The notes under the pieces: model-generated | The model's input: only the letters and a program-made list of their open reading frames with translations | Databases searched by the model: none | Told to the model about the DNA's origin: nothing | Assembly (NCBI GenBank): GCA_947630475.1 | Contig: CANRHR010000007.1 | Span: 95,826-119,825 of the forward strand | DNA: 24,000 bases | Direction: 5' to 3' | DNA from: an uncultured Clostridia bacterium | Lineage (GTDB): Bacteria; Bacillota; Clostridia; Lachnospirales; CAG-274 | In this document: piece after piece, positions 1 through 8,362 of the stretch | Layout: each line of letters begins with the position of its first letter | Position numbering within the stretch: the first letter of the stretch is position 1 | Program-made: the position numbers and the translations under genes

Positions 1-750
1 ATAGAAAATGCTTACAATAAAATGATAAATGACGCATCGTCAAACAAAATAAAAAATTTTAAGCTGAGCTATGATATTGTTATCGACGGAAATTATCTAT
101 CCGTAATATTATATGGACTGAATACAGCAAACCAATCCTCAACGATAAGCACATTTGTAATAAACAGAACAAATAATTCTTATTTATCAATTAACAGTGT
201 TTTGGGCGGCAACGGCGTTAATTACTCAAATAAAGTTATAGAATACAAAATTAAAAATGACAAATCAACAAAATATTACTCTACGCCGACAATAAATAAT
301 GATTGGCAGTTTTACTGCAAAAATTCAAATGTAATCGTTATGTTTGGAGCAGGCGTTATTGCACCGGCATCAAAGGGCGTAAGAAGCTTTGAAATACAAA
401 GAAACAAGCTTAAAAATTTTATTGTTAACCCTATGAATTATTACAATAAATCCGGTTATAATGTTAAAATGGTTCCTCTTCGTTCGACAGCGGAGTTTTT
501 TGGATACAAGCTTTCTTATAATCCATCAAACAACAGGGTTATAATATCAAAGGGCAGCTTTTCTACATATATAACTGTTGGCAGAAACAGTTATGTTAAA
601 GGCAGCAGCTTCCCTAAGCAGCTTGAATTTGCGCCGGAAATAAGAAACGGATATACTTATGTTCCTATTTCTTTTTTTGGTGAAATTTTAGGCTTGCTTT
701 TTTCGGTTGATTCCGGAAACAATGTTGTGATTTCTCAATATACGTTTTAG
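1..750 (+). CDS. Envelope/stalk-domain protein, 5'-truncated by the window edge (copper amine oxidase N-terminal-like C-terminal domain)
   Basis: Frame 1 is open from base 1, with no stop before the ATG at 22, so the gene probably starts upstream. The C-terminal ~90 aa (VPLRSTAEFFGYKLSYNP...NGYTYVPISFFGEILG) resemble the stalk domain common in clostridial surface proteins. A hairpin terminator follows. Confidence 0.55.
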   Translation: MENAYNKMINDASSNKIKNFKLSYDIVIDGNYLSVILYGLNTANQSSTISTFVINRTNNSYLSINSVLGGNGVNYSNKVIEYKIKNDKSTKYYSTPTINNDWQFYCKNSNVIVMFGAGVIAPASKGVRSFEIQRNKLKNFIVNPMNYYNKSGYNVKMVPLRSTAEFFGYKLSYNPSNNRVIISKGSFSTYITVGRNSYVKGSSFPKQLEFAPEIRNGYTYVPISFFGEILGLLFSVDSGNNVVISQYTF

Positions 751-793
751 AAGTAAATTTTATATGTTGAAATTTAGGCTTTATCAATATATA

Positions 794-828
794 AAGGGAA
801 TGATTTTAAAACATTCCCTTATTTTTTG
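794..828 (+). terminator. Intrinsic terminator after the stalk-domain gene
   Basis: Stem AAGGGAATG (794-802) pairs with CATTCCCTT (812-820), followed by a T6 run (822-827). Confidence 0.6.
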
Positions 829-885
829 TATAAATTAAAAATCAATCTGAATAATTGAAAATTGATTTTTAAAATATATAAATGA

Positions 886-914
886 TTGTATTTGATTAAA
901 AAATATGTTATTAT
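886..914 (+). promoter_or_regulatory. Candidate sigma-A promoter for the lipid kinase gene
   Basis: TTGTAT (886-891), 17-nt spacer, extended -10 TGtTATTAT (906-914). Confidence 0.4.
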
Positions 915-977
915 ATTCCTGCTTGCAATTAACGTATAGAGAGCAGAAAATTACTGTTTTTATATTTGAGGTATTTT

Positions 978-1871
978 ATGAAAAAATTAAAATTGATTTA
1001 TAACCCGTTTTCCGGCGACAGAAGCTTTAAGCTCAGTTTGGACAATTGTATTTCAAAATTTCAGAAAGCCGGATACAGAGTCGATATTTTAAGAATAGTT
1101 GAAAACGGGGATATTCAAAAACATATGAAGCTTATAAATAAAAATGAATATGATGCTTTTGTTATAGCCGGCGGCGATGGAACTGTAAATATTTTTATCA
1201 ATTCGGTTATGAAATATGCTCTTAACGATACCCCAATAGGTATTATGCCATCCGGAACGGCAAATGATTTCGCTTCGTTTTTGAAGCTTCCGTCAGGCTT
1301 TGATGAATGTTGTGATATAATATGTTCCGGAAGAATACAGCATGCCGATGTGGGCAGGATTAATGATAAGTATTTTATAAATGTTTGTGCCGGAGGTCTT
1401 TTTTCGGATGTAAGTTTTAATATAAACAATAAGTTTAAAAATATGCTGGGCAAGCTTGCTTATTATATAAAGGCTATCGAACAAATACCTACATTTGTTC
1501 CGTTGAGAATGAGAATAACAAACAGCAGCGATGTTTTTGAAGATAACTTTAATCTGTTTTTGGTTTTAAATTCATCGGGAACGGGCGGTATCGATAAGCT
1601 TTCGCCAACGGCATCCATAAATGACGGACTTTTTGATTTTGTAGGCTTTAGGAAAGTTAAAATAACAAATATGATGGGCCTTATTTACAAATTTTTTAAG
1701 GGCGAATATTTGGAAGATGAAAGAATATTGTTCTTCAGAGATAATTATATAAAAATCGAAAACCTTTCTGACAATGATTTATACTCGCAAACGGACATAG
1801 ACGGCGAAATAGGGCCGGAAATGCCTGTGGAAATAAAAAATATAAAAAACGCCGTTAAAATTTTTTATTAA
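978..1871 (+). CDS. Diacylglycerol kinase family lipid kinase (YegS/BmrU-like)
   Basis: N-terminus KLIYNPFSGD and the GGDGT motif (AGGDGTVN) are typical of the DAGK catalytic domain. Start moved from TTG 966 to ATG 978 because GAGGT (968-972) then acts as a spaced SD. Confidence 0.85.
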   Translation: MKKLKLIYNPFSGDRSFKLSLDNCISKFQKAGYRVDILRIVENGDIQKHMKLINKNEYDAFVIAGGDGTVNIFINSVMKYALNDTPIGIMPSGTANDFASFLKLPSGFDECCDIICSGRIQHADVGRINDKYFINVCAGGLFSDVSFNINNKFKNMLGKLAYYIKAIEQIPTFVPLRMRITNSSDVFEDNFNLFLVLNSSGTGGIDKLSPTASINDGLFDFVGFRKVKITNMMGLIYKFFKGEYLEDERILFFRDNYIKIENLSDNDLYSQTDIDGEIGPEMPVEIKNIKNAVKIFY

Positions 1872-1939
1872 AATATTGGCAAAGATTTTTGATTATATTG
1901 ATTTTACAGAGAAAAACATAAATTTACGGAGGTTTTGAT

Positions 1940-3640
1940 ATGGATTTTAAAAATAAAACAGCCGCTTTAATTGCCGCTGCCGATGATGCATTAAAAAAAG
2001 AAGAAATTGAAGCTATGATAGAAATTCCTGCCGACAATAAAATGGGTGATTTTGCTTTTCCTTGCTTTAGGCTTGCCAAAACTATGAAAAAGGCGCCTAA
2101 CTTAATAGCCGAAGAGCTTGCGCAAAAAATTGAAAAAAGTGATTTTATAGAAAGTATAAATGTTGTAAATGCATATATTAATTTTTTTATAAGCAAAGAA
2201 TTTTTAATGAAAAGCGTTATAGAAGAGATTAAAGAAAAAAAAGAAGCCTATGGAAGATGCAATATAGGCAAGGGCAAAAATATTGTTTTGGATTATTCAT
2301 CACCCAATATAGCTAAGCCGTTTCATGTTGGACATTTACGCTCTACTGTTATAGGAAATGCTCTTTATAATATTTTTAATGCAGTAGGGTATAATTCGGT
2401 CGGCATAAATCACCTTGGCGATTGGGGCACTCAATTTGGAAAGCTTATTGTCGCTTACAAAAAATGGGGCGATAAAGAGGTTATTGAAAGAGATGACATT
2501 AAAGAGTTAAGCCGCATTTATGTAAAATTCCATGAAGAGGCTCAAAACGATGAAAGCCTTAACGATGAAGCCAGATCATGGCTGGTTAAAATGCAGGAGG
2601 GCGACAAAGAAGCTCTTGAGCTTTGGAAATGGTTTTGCGATTTGAGTATGAAGGAATTTAACCGCATTTATAAAAGGCTTGGAATAAAGTTTGATTCTTA
2701 TGCAGGAGAAAGCTTTTATAATGATAAAATGCAGGCTGTTGTTGATGAATTGAAAGATAAAAATCTTCTTACAGAAAGCGAAGGCGCTCAAATTGTAAAT
2801 TTAGAAAAATATAATATGCCGCCATGCCTTATTTTAAGAAGCGACGGCGGAACTCTTTACCCAACAAGAGATATATCAGCCGCAATATACAGAAAAAAAA
2901 CATATGATTTTGATAAGTGCCTTTATATTACAGCGCTTGACCAAAATCTTCATTTTGCACAATGGTTTAAGGTTATAGAGCTTATGGGTTATGATTGGGC
3001 AAAAGATTTGGTTCATATTCCTTTTGGCCTTGTAAGCCTTGGCGACGGAAAGCTCTCAACAAGAGAGGGAAGAGTTGTTTTGATGGAGGATATCTTAAAC
3101 AGCAGCGTTGAAAAAACATTGAATATAATAGAAGAAAAAAATCCTAATCTTAAAAACAAGCAGCAAACAGCCGAACAGGTTGGTATAGGAGCGGTTATTT
3201 TTAATGATCTATATAACTCCAGAATAAAAAATGTTGTTTTTGACCTTGAAAGAATGTTAAGCTTTGAAGGTGAAACAGGACCTTATGTTCAATATACACA
3301 CGCCAGAGCCTGCAGCATTTTAAAAAAGGAAAATGTTTCTGAAATTGATTTTGATATTGATTACAGCAAAATTACAGATGAGGCAAGCGTTAATGTATGC
3401 AAGCTTTTATCTCAGTTTGGAGATAAAATAATAGACGCCGCCAATAAGTATGAACCTTATATTGTTACAAGGCATCTTGTTGATATATGCCAAGCGTTTA
3501 ATAAATTTTATAATGAAAATAATATTAAGCTAAGTGAAGGTGATTTGAAAAATGCGAGAATAGCCGTTGTTTATGCGGTTAAAACGGTTATTTCGGCAGG
3601 GCTTAAGCTTATCGGCGTAAGCGCACCGGCACAAATGTAA
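1940..3640 (+). CDS. argS: Arginine--tRNA ligase
   Basis: 566 aa with the class-I HIGH-type signature PFHVGHLRS, a KLSTREG (MSTR-type) motif and an ArgRS-like anticodon-binding C-terminus. GGAGG at 1928-1932 lies 7 nt before the ATG. Confidence 0.95.
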   Translation: MDFKNKTAALIAAADDALKKEEIEAMIEIPADNKMGDFAFPCFRLAKTMKKAPNLIAEELAQKIEKSDFIESINVVNAYINFFISKEFLMKSVIEEIKEKKEAYGRCNIGKGKNIVLDYSSPNIAKPFHVGHLRSTVIGNALYNIFNAVGYNSVGINHLGDWGTQFGKLIVAYKKWGDKEVIERDDIKELSRIYVKFHEEAQNDESLNDEARSWLVKMQEGDKEALELWKWFCDLSMKEFNRIYKRLGIKFDSYAGESFYNDKMQAVVDELKDKNLLTESEGAQIVNLEKYNMPPCLILRSDGGTLYPTRDISAAIYRKKTYDFDKCLYITALDQNLHFAQWFKVIELMGYDWAKDLVHIPFGLVSLGDGKLSTREGRVVLMEDILNSSVEKTLNIIEEKNPNLKNKQQTAEQVGIGAVIFNDLYNSRIKNVVFDLERMLSFEGETGPYVQYTHARACSILKKENVSEIDFDIDYSKITDEASVNVCKLLSQFGDKIIDAANKYEPYIVTRHLVDICQAFNKFYNENNIKLSEGDLKNARIAVVYAVKTVISAGLKLIGVSAPAQM

Positions 3641-3649
3641 AAAGCAATA

Positions 3650-3680
3650 GTAAGTATCCTCCCTTAAGGAGGATACTTAC
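3650..3680 (+). terminator. Hairpin downstream of argS (first of two)
   Basis: A perfect 13-bp stem, GTAAGTATCCTCC (3650-3662) with GGAGGATACTTAC (3668-3680), and a 5-nt loop. The U-tract is poor. Confidence 0.5.
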
Positions 3681-3689
3681 TTGTTAGTT

Positions 3690-3722
3690 AAAGAAAGAAA
3701 TTTTATGTTTCTTTCTTTTTTT
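3690..3722 (+). terminator. Intrinsic terminator downstream of argS (second hairpin)
   Basis: AAAGAAAGAAA (3690-3700) pairs with TTTCTTTCTTT (3708-3718) and runs into a T tract ending near 3722. Confidence 0.55.
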
Positions 3723-3775
3723 ATCGACTGAGTAAGATCCAGCCTATTAAGCGGAATACGAATATCCTTGAATTG
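3722..3775 (+). repeat. Family-1 dispersed intergenic repeat, copy A (short form)
   Basis: ATCGACTGAGTAAG...TTAAGCGG-AATACGAATATCCTTGA shares both ends with copies at 4577, 4728 and 6807. The central segment is missing. Confidence 0.6.
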
Positions 3776-3908
3776 ATATGTTAATTTTTGTTTTTATTAA
3801 ACTTTTTTTTATTTTAAGCGTATATATTTTTAAAATCGATGATATTTAAACTCTGTTTATGATTAGCCGCTTATTAAAAGAAAGAGTTTGCTTGTCGATA
3901 AAAGATAT

Positions 3909-3924
3909 TGTTTCACGTGAAACA
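3909..3924. promoter_or_regulatory. parS: parS centromere-like site (ParB/Spo0J binding)
   Basis: TGTTTCACGTGAAACA is a perfect 16-bp palindrome matching the Firmicutes parS consensus TGTTNCACGTGAAACA. It lies 28 nt upstream of the Zn-ribbon gene start. Confidence 0.85.
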
Positions 3925-3951
3925 TAATAAAAATTTAAGGGAGTGAAATTT

Positions 3952-4557
3952 ATGGAATGTAAAAATCATAAGGATAGGGCGGGCGTAAATACTTGTTGTG
4001 TGTGCGGCGATTGGATATGTGAAGAATGCAGCATTGAGCATAACTCAAGATTATACTGCCGAGATTGTTTTTTAAAAAAGGAAAAATCAGAAAAAGAAAA
4101 AGAAAAAGTAATGTTTCCGGATAAAAGACCAAGTACATTTTTGACATTTTGCTTTGCTTTTATACCTGGATGCGGACAAATGTATTTAGGCTTGATGAAG
4201 CGTGGTCTTGTTATTTTATCTATGTTTTTTGCAGCTTTATATTTTGCATCTATATTTGAAGTGTTTACTTATACTGGAATTATTATGTGGTTCTTTTCTT
4301 TCTTTGATGTGTTTAACAACAAAAATAAAATTGATTCGGGTAAAGGTATAGATGACAGCGTTAATGATATAAAAGCTTTTTTTGTTGAAAATAAACCGCT
4401 TATAATAGTAACCCTCGGCGCTGTGATGGCTATGGAAATTTTAAACCATGCAAGACTGAGATTGTTTAATTTTGATTTTGATATAAAAAATTTATTTTTT
4501 ATTTTGATTGTTATATTTATAATTTTTATTATTTCTAAAAAAGATAAAGAACAATAA
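3952..4557 (+). CDS. Zn-ribbon (B-box-like) membrane protein of unknown function
   Basis: The N-terminus has a Cys/His cluster, CKNH...CCVCGDWICEECSIEH...CRDC. A KE-rich linker and several hydrophobic helices follow (IPGCGQMYLGLMKRG...). Start moved from GTG 3943 to ATG 3952 because AAGGGAG lies at 3937-3943. Confidence 0.7.
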   Translation: MECKNHKDRAGVNTCCVCGDWICEECSIEHNSRLYCRDCFLKKEKSEKEKEKVMFPDKRPSTFLTFCFAFIPGCGQMYLGLMKRGLVILSMFFAALYFASIFEVFTYTGIIMWFFSFFDVFNNKNKIDSGKGIDDSVNDIKAFFVENKPLIIVTLGAVMAMEILNHARLRLFNFDFDIKNLFFILIVIFIIFIISKKDKEQ

Positions 4558-4576
4558 CTTTGTATATACAGAAATT

Positions 4577-4672
4577 TAACCGACTAAGTAAGCCCGTATC
4601 TAAGCGGCGGATAATTCGTCAGGAGCCTTAGGTTATGGTGCGCAGCATAGCGGAGCACGAATATAATTGACT
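4577..4672 (+). repeat. Family-1 dispersed intergenic repeat, copy B (long form)
   Basis: AACCGACTAAGTAAGCCCGTATCTAAGCGGCGGATAATTCGT...GAGCACGAATATAATTGA. ATTCGT and ACGAAT can pair across the variable centre. Confidence 0.6.
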
Positions 4673-4694
4673 CAACGACTTATTTATAGACTTA

Positions 4695-4728
4695 AGACAA
4701 AAGCAATTGCTTTTGTCTTTATTTTTTT
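4695..4728 (+). terminator. Intrinsic terminator about 140 nt downstream of the Zn-ribbon gene
   Basis: AGACAAAAGC (4695-4704) pairs with GCTTTTGTCT (4709-4718) around an AATT loop, followed by TTATTTTTTT. Confidence 0.7.
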
Positions 4729-4806
4729 ATCAATAAGTAAGCCCGTATCTTAGGCGGCCGGATATTTATTGAGGTTATATTCATCAAGTGGAATACGAAT
4801 ATCAGA
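4728..4806 (+). repeat. Family-1 dispersed intergenic repeat, copy C
   Basis: ATCAATAAGTAAGCCCGTATCTTAGGCGGCCGGATATT...GGAATACGAATATCAGA. GATATT and AATATC can pair. Confidence 0.6.
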
Positions 4807-4844
4807 CAAAATTGAATAAAAAATTGATTTATATGACCTTAAAG

Positions 4845-4860
4845 TGTTTCACGTGAAACA
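4845..4860. promoter_or_regulatory. parS: parS centromere-like site (second copy)
   Basis: Identical 16-mer TGTTTCACGTGAAACA, about 300 bp upstream of parA. Confidence 0.85.
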
Positions 4861-5160
4861 TTTTTATGATATAATATTTATTAATCTTAAGCGGTTACAA
4901 ATATCTTTGAAACAGTTATTTTAAAAGAAGAATAATACAAGCATTAATAATACTTAAAATATCGCATAAAATATTATTATAAATATATTTGCTTCGGCTT
5001 GAAGTCGTTTTTATACCGTATGCCGAAATGTATTTTAAGCAAAGGTTTTATCGAAAATCGTTTGTATGAGTATGCAGCAAGCAGAGCATAAATATCATTA
5101 ACTTTATAAATTACTTAACAGCCGCTTAATAAAAGTATAACAGAAATCGAGGTGAATTTT

Positions 5161-5931
5161 ATGGCAAGAATTATTGCAATAGCAAATCAAAAGGGCGGTG
5201 TGGGTAAAACTACTACAGCAATAAATCTATCTGCTTTTCTTGCTTTAGCCAAACAGAGAGTGTTGGTTATTGACTCCGATTCACAAGGAAATGCCAGCAG
5301 TGGTTTTGGTATCGATAAACGAAATGTAGAAAATACATTTTATGATTTGCTCTCATCGGAGGCAACCTTTGATGAAACAAAAATATCTATTGATGGATTT
5401 GACAAGCTCGATGTTTTGCCGAGCAACACTGAATTGGCAGGGGCTGAAATTGAATTGATAGGCATAGAAAACAGAGAATATATACTTAAAAATATATTAT
5501 CTGAAGTTCAACAAGAATATGATTATATAATTATTGATTGTCCTCCTTCAATTAATATGCTGACTATAAACGCTCTTACTGCCGCAAACTCTATTCTTGT
5601 GCCAATACAATGCGAATATTACGCAATGGAAGGCCTTACAGAGCTAATGCATACAATTAACCTGATACAAAAAAAGCTTAATCCGCAATTGGAAATAGAA
5701 GGTATTGTTTTTACTATGTATGATGCAAGAACAAATCTTTCGCTTCAGGTGGTTGAAGAAGTAAAAAAATATCTTGGCGGCAGCATTTATAAAAGTATTA
5801 TACCCAGAAATGTGCGATTAAGCGAAGCGCCAAGTCATGGTATTCCTATTAATTTTTATGACGGAAAATCTAAGGGCGCAGAAGCATATGAGCTGCTTGC
5901 TCAGGAGGTTATGGAAAGGGGGATTGGATAA
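5161..5931 (+). CDS. soj: Chromosome partitioning ATPase ParA/Soj
   Basis: Deviant Walker A KGGVGKTT at the N-terminus (MARIIAIANQKGGVGKTT) and ParA-like length. GAGGTG (5149-5154) lies 6 nt before ATG 5161, so GTG 5152 is rejected as the start. Confidence 0.93.
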   Translation: MARIIAIANQKGGVGKTTTAINLSAFLALAKQRVLVIDSDSQGNASSGFGIDKRNVENTFYDLLSSEATFDETKISIDGFDKLDVLPSNTELAGAEIELIGIENREYILKNILSEVQQEYDYIIIDCPPSINMLTINALTAANSILVPIQCEYYAMEGLTELMHTINLIQKKLNPQLEIEGIVFTMYDARTNLSLQVVEEVKKYLGGSIYKSIIPRNVRLSEAPSHGIPINFYDGKSKGAEAYELLAQEVMERGIG

Positions 5932-6836
5932 TGGCAGGCAAAAAAATTGGATTGGGAAAGGGCCTTGGCGCTTTGATAAATAATGATGAGCTTGAATCAA
6001 GCGCACCCTCTTTAAGCGATAAAAAAGAAAGAGTTATAGAGATTGATATTAACAAACTGGAGCCTAACAAAAATCAGCCGCGTTGCGGATTTGACAACGA
6101 CAGCCTTGAAGAGCTTGCTGCTTCGATAGAAAATATCGGAATTATAAGCCCTATTATTGCTGTGCAAAAAGGAGAGTTTTATGAAATAATAGCAGGAGAA
6201 AGAAGATGGAGAGCGGCAAGAATAGCAAAATTAAAAAAAGTTCCCGTTATTGTTAAAACTTACTCTGATTTGGAAAAGCTTGAAGTTGCGTTGATTGAAA
6301 ATATACAAAGAGAAGATCTTAATCCGGTTGAAGAGGCTATGACATACAAAAGATTTTATGACGACTTTAAGCTGAATCAAGAGGCTATAGCTCAGAAAGT
6401 TGGAAAAAGCCGCGCTGCAGTCGCAAATTCTTTAAGGCTGTTAAAGCTTGACCAGAGAGTTTTAGTTTTTTTGAGAGAAAACAAGATTACATCAGGCCAT
6501 GCAAGAGCGCTGATACCTATTGAAGATAATGATATGCAGTTTGAAATTGCTGAAAAAATTATTGAAGAACAACTGAGCGTGCGTCAGGTTGAAGAGCTTA
6601 TAAAAAATATTAACGATGCGCAGGACAAAGCTGACAAGCCTAAAAAAAATATTGATGAAGCAAAAAATGAAGCATATAAAAGCGTTGAAAAAACTCTTAA
6701 CGAAATATTGGGCGCAAAGGTCAGCATAAAAAACGGAAAAAAGAAAGGCAAAATTGAAATAGAATATTATTCCGAAGACGAGCTTGACAGATTGATTTGC
6801 TTATTTAATCGATTAAGTAATTCCCCCAACTTTTAG
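5931..6836 (+). CDS. spo0J: Chromosome partitioning protein ParB/Spo0J
   Basis: GLGKGLGALI N-terminus, GERRWRAA arginine/CTP-binding patch and an HTH region. The ATG overlaps the parA stop (TAATG, 5929-5933). The last ~9 codons and the stop lie inside repeat copy D. Confidence 0.93.
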   Translation: MAGKKIGLGKGLGALINNDELESSAPSLSDKKERVIEIDINKLEPNKNQPRCGFDNDSLEELAASIENIGIISPIIAVQKGEFYEIIAGERRWRAARIAKLKKVPVIVKTYSDLEKLEVALIENIQREDLNPVEEAMTYKRFYDDFKLNQEAIAQKVGKSRAAVANSLRLLKLDQRVLVFLRENKITSGHARALIPIEDNDMQFEIAEKIIEEQLSVRQVEELIKNINDAQDKADKPKKNIDEAKNEAYKSVEKTLNEILGAKVSIKNGKKKGKIEIEYYSEDELDRLICLFNRLSNSPNF

Positions 6837-6886
6837 GCGGCGGATATTTTGAAGTACACGGCGCAAGCACATGAATATCATTGACA
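6807..6886 (+). repeat. Family-1 dispersed repeat, copy D, overlapping the parB 3' end
   Basis: ATCGATTAAGTAATTCCCCCAACTTTTAGGCGGCGGATATT...CACATGAATATCATTGACA, in the same orientation as copies A-C. Confidence 0.55.
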
Positions 6887-6989
6887 ACAGATAAGAAATT
6901 AAAACTTTTTAAATTATTTGAAATAAAGAACTGCTGTTTTGCATATATAAGCAGTTTTATGATAAAATATAACAGAGGTGTAATTAAAA

Positions 6990-7502
6990 ATGTATTTTCA
7001 AATTTTAAATGATTTTACCAATGATTATTTTACTTTTATTGTTTTGGGCTTAATATGTTTTAGCTTAATTTTATTTATATTATGCATTATTGCTTTGACA
7101 AAGGCAGGCAATCTTAAAAAAAGAATAAATAAATTTTTGCAGCCAAGCCAAAGCCACAATATAGAAGCTATGCTTTTGGATTATCTTGAGCAGGTTAAAA
7201 AAATAAATGCAAACCAAAACAATATTATTGAAAGTATAGAAACAATAAACTTAAAGATGACTAATTGCATACAAAAAGTTGGAGTTGTAAGATATAATCC
7301 ATTTGAAGATGTTGGCGGAGAGCTTTGTTTTGCCATAGCTATGCTTGATGAAAAAAACGATGGATTTATATTGAACAGTATTTATTCAAGAGAAGGCTGT
7401 TATACCTATGCAAAACCAATATCAAGCGGAGAAAGCCTAAAATACAAGCTCTCATCCGAAGAAGATGAAGCTCTTAAAATTGCGTTAAAAAATAAAAGCT
7501 GA
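6990..7502 (+). CDS. DUF4446 family protein
   Basis: N-terminal TM helix, then VGVVRYNPFEDVGGELCFAIAMLDEKNDGFILNSIYSREG, which matches my recollection of DUF4446. Its position just downstream of spo0J is typical in Firmicutes. Confidence 0.75.
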   Translation: MYFQILNDFTNDYFTFIVLGLICFSLILFILCIIALTKAGNLKKRINKFLQPSQSHNIEAMLLDYLEQVKKINANQNNIIESIETINLKMTNCIQKVGVVRYNPFEDVGGELCFAIAMLDEKNDGFILNSIYSREGCYTYAKPISSGESLKYKLSSEEDEALKIALKNKS

Positions 7503-7540
7503 TATATTTGTCTGTATTTTGCAGTTTAAGGAGGTCTTTT

Positions 7541-8362
7541 ATGAAATATGAATTTTTGCTGTTGGATTTGGATTTTACGCTTCTTGACAACAACAGAGAA
7601 ATATCCGAAAAAAACAGACAGGCAATTTTGAAAGCATCACAGCTTGGAGTAAAAACGGTTATTTGCACAGGAAGATCTTATATGTCGGCAGAAAAATTTA
7701 TAAGAAAATTGGATTTGAACAAAAAAGGAAATTATGCTGTTGCTTATAACGGAGGGCTTATTTATGAGCCCGAAAACAATAATATTATTATCGAACACAA
7801 ATTAGACAAAAAAATTGCTTTGAATATAGTTGAGAAGCTAAGAAAATTTGATGTCGGAATTATTGTATATGCCGCTGATATGCTTGTTATAGAGCAAAAA
7901 AGAAAGGAAATTGACCAATACTGTAAAATATCAGGATTGGAGCCTATGAAAATACAAAGATTTGAGGATTTTATACAGGATAATATATCAAAAGTGCTTG
8001 TTAAAGCCAATAATCCTAAAATTCTTGAAGAAATTGATACATATTTTAAAAATTCTTATCTGACCGATGAAGTTACCATGTTTTATTCAAGCAGTGATCT
8101 GTATGAATTTAATCCGCTTAATATAGACAAAGGAAGCGCTATTATTGAATTAAGTGAATTTACAGGCGTTGAGCTGAGTAAATTTATTGCCTGCGGAGAT
8201 AATTTTAATGATATCGGTATGATAAAAAATGCCGGACTTGGAGTTGCTGTTAAAAATGGAGTGGATGAAATAAAGGCGGCAGCGGATTATATAACACAAA
8301 GAACAAATGACGAAGATGCAATAGCAGAAGTAATTGAAAAGTTTATTTTAACCGGCAATTAA
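7541..8362 (+). CDS. Cof-type HAD-IIB family hydrolase (sugar phosphatase-like)
   Basis: Motif I DLDFTLL (DxDxT) near the N-terminus and GDNFNDIGM near the C-terminus. AAGGAGG (7528-7534) precedes ATG 7541, so TTG 7508 is rejected. Confidence 0.85.
   Translation: MKYEFLLLDLDFTLLDNNREISEKNRQAILKASQLGVKTVICTGRSYMSAEKFIRKLDLNKKGNYAVAYNGGLIYEPENNNIIIEHKLDKKIALNIVEKLRKFDVGIIVYAADMLVIEQKRKEIDQYCKISGLEPMKIQRFEDFIQDNISKVLVKANNPKILEEIDTYFKNSYLTDEVTMFYSSSDLYEFNPLNIDKGSAIIELSEFTGVELSKFIACGDNFNDIGMIKNAGLGVAVKNGVDEIKAAADYITQRTNDEDAIAEVIEKFILTGN

Noticed and set aside
837-870. AT-only inverted repeat AAAAATCAAT...ATTGATTTTT downstream of the first terminator
   Set aside because: It is a pure A/T stem with a 14-nt loop in very AT-rich DNA, so it is likely chance or part of the terminator/promoter context. 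It has no second copy.
1872-1939. Possible T-box or other leader upstream of argS
   Set aside because: Only 68 nt of intergenic DNA is available, with no T-box sequence or terminator. That is too short for such a leader.
4558-5160. Possible replication origin (long AT-rich noncoding stretch beside parS and parAB)
   Set aside because: I found no cluster of DnaA boxes (TTATCCACA or its complement) here or elsewhere in the window. Only isolated one-mismatch matches occur, for example near 14606 and 23411. No dnaA or dnaN is nearby.
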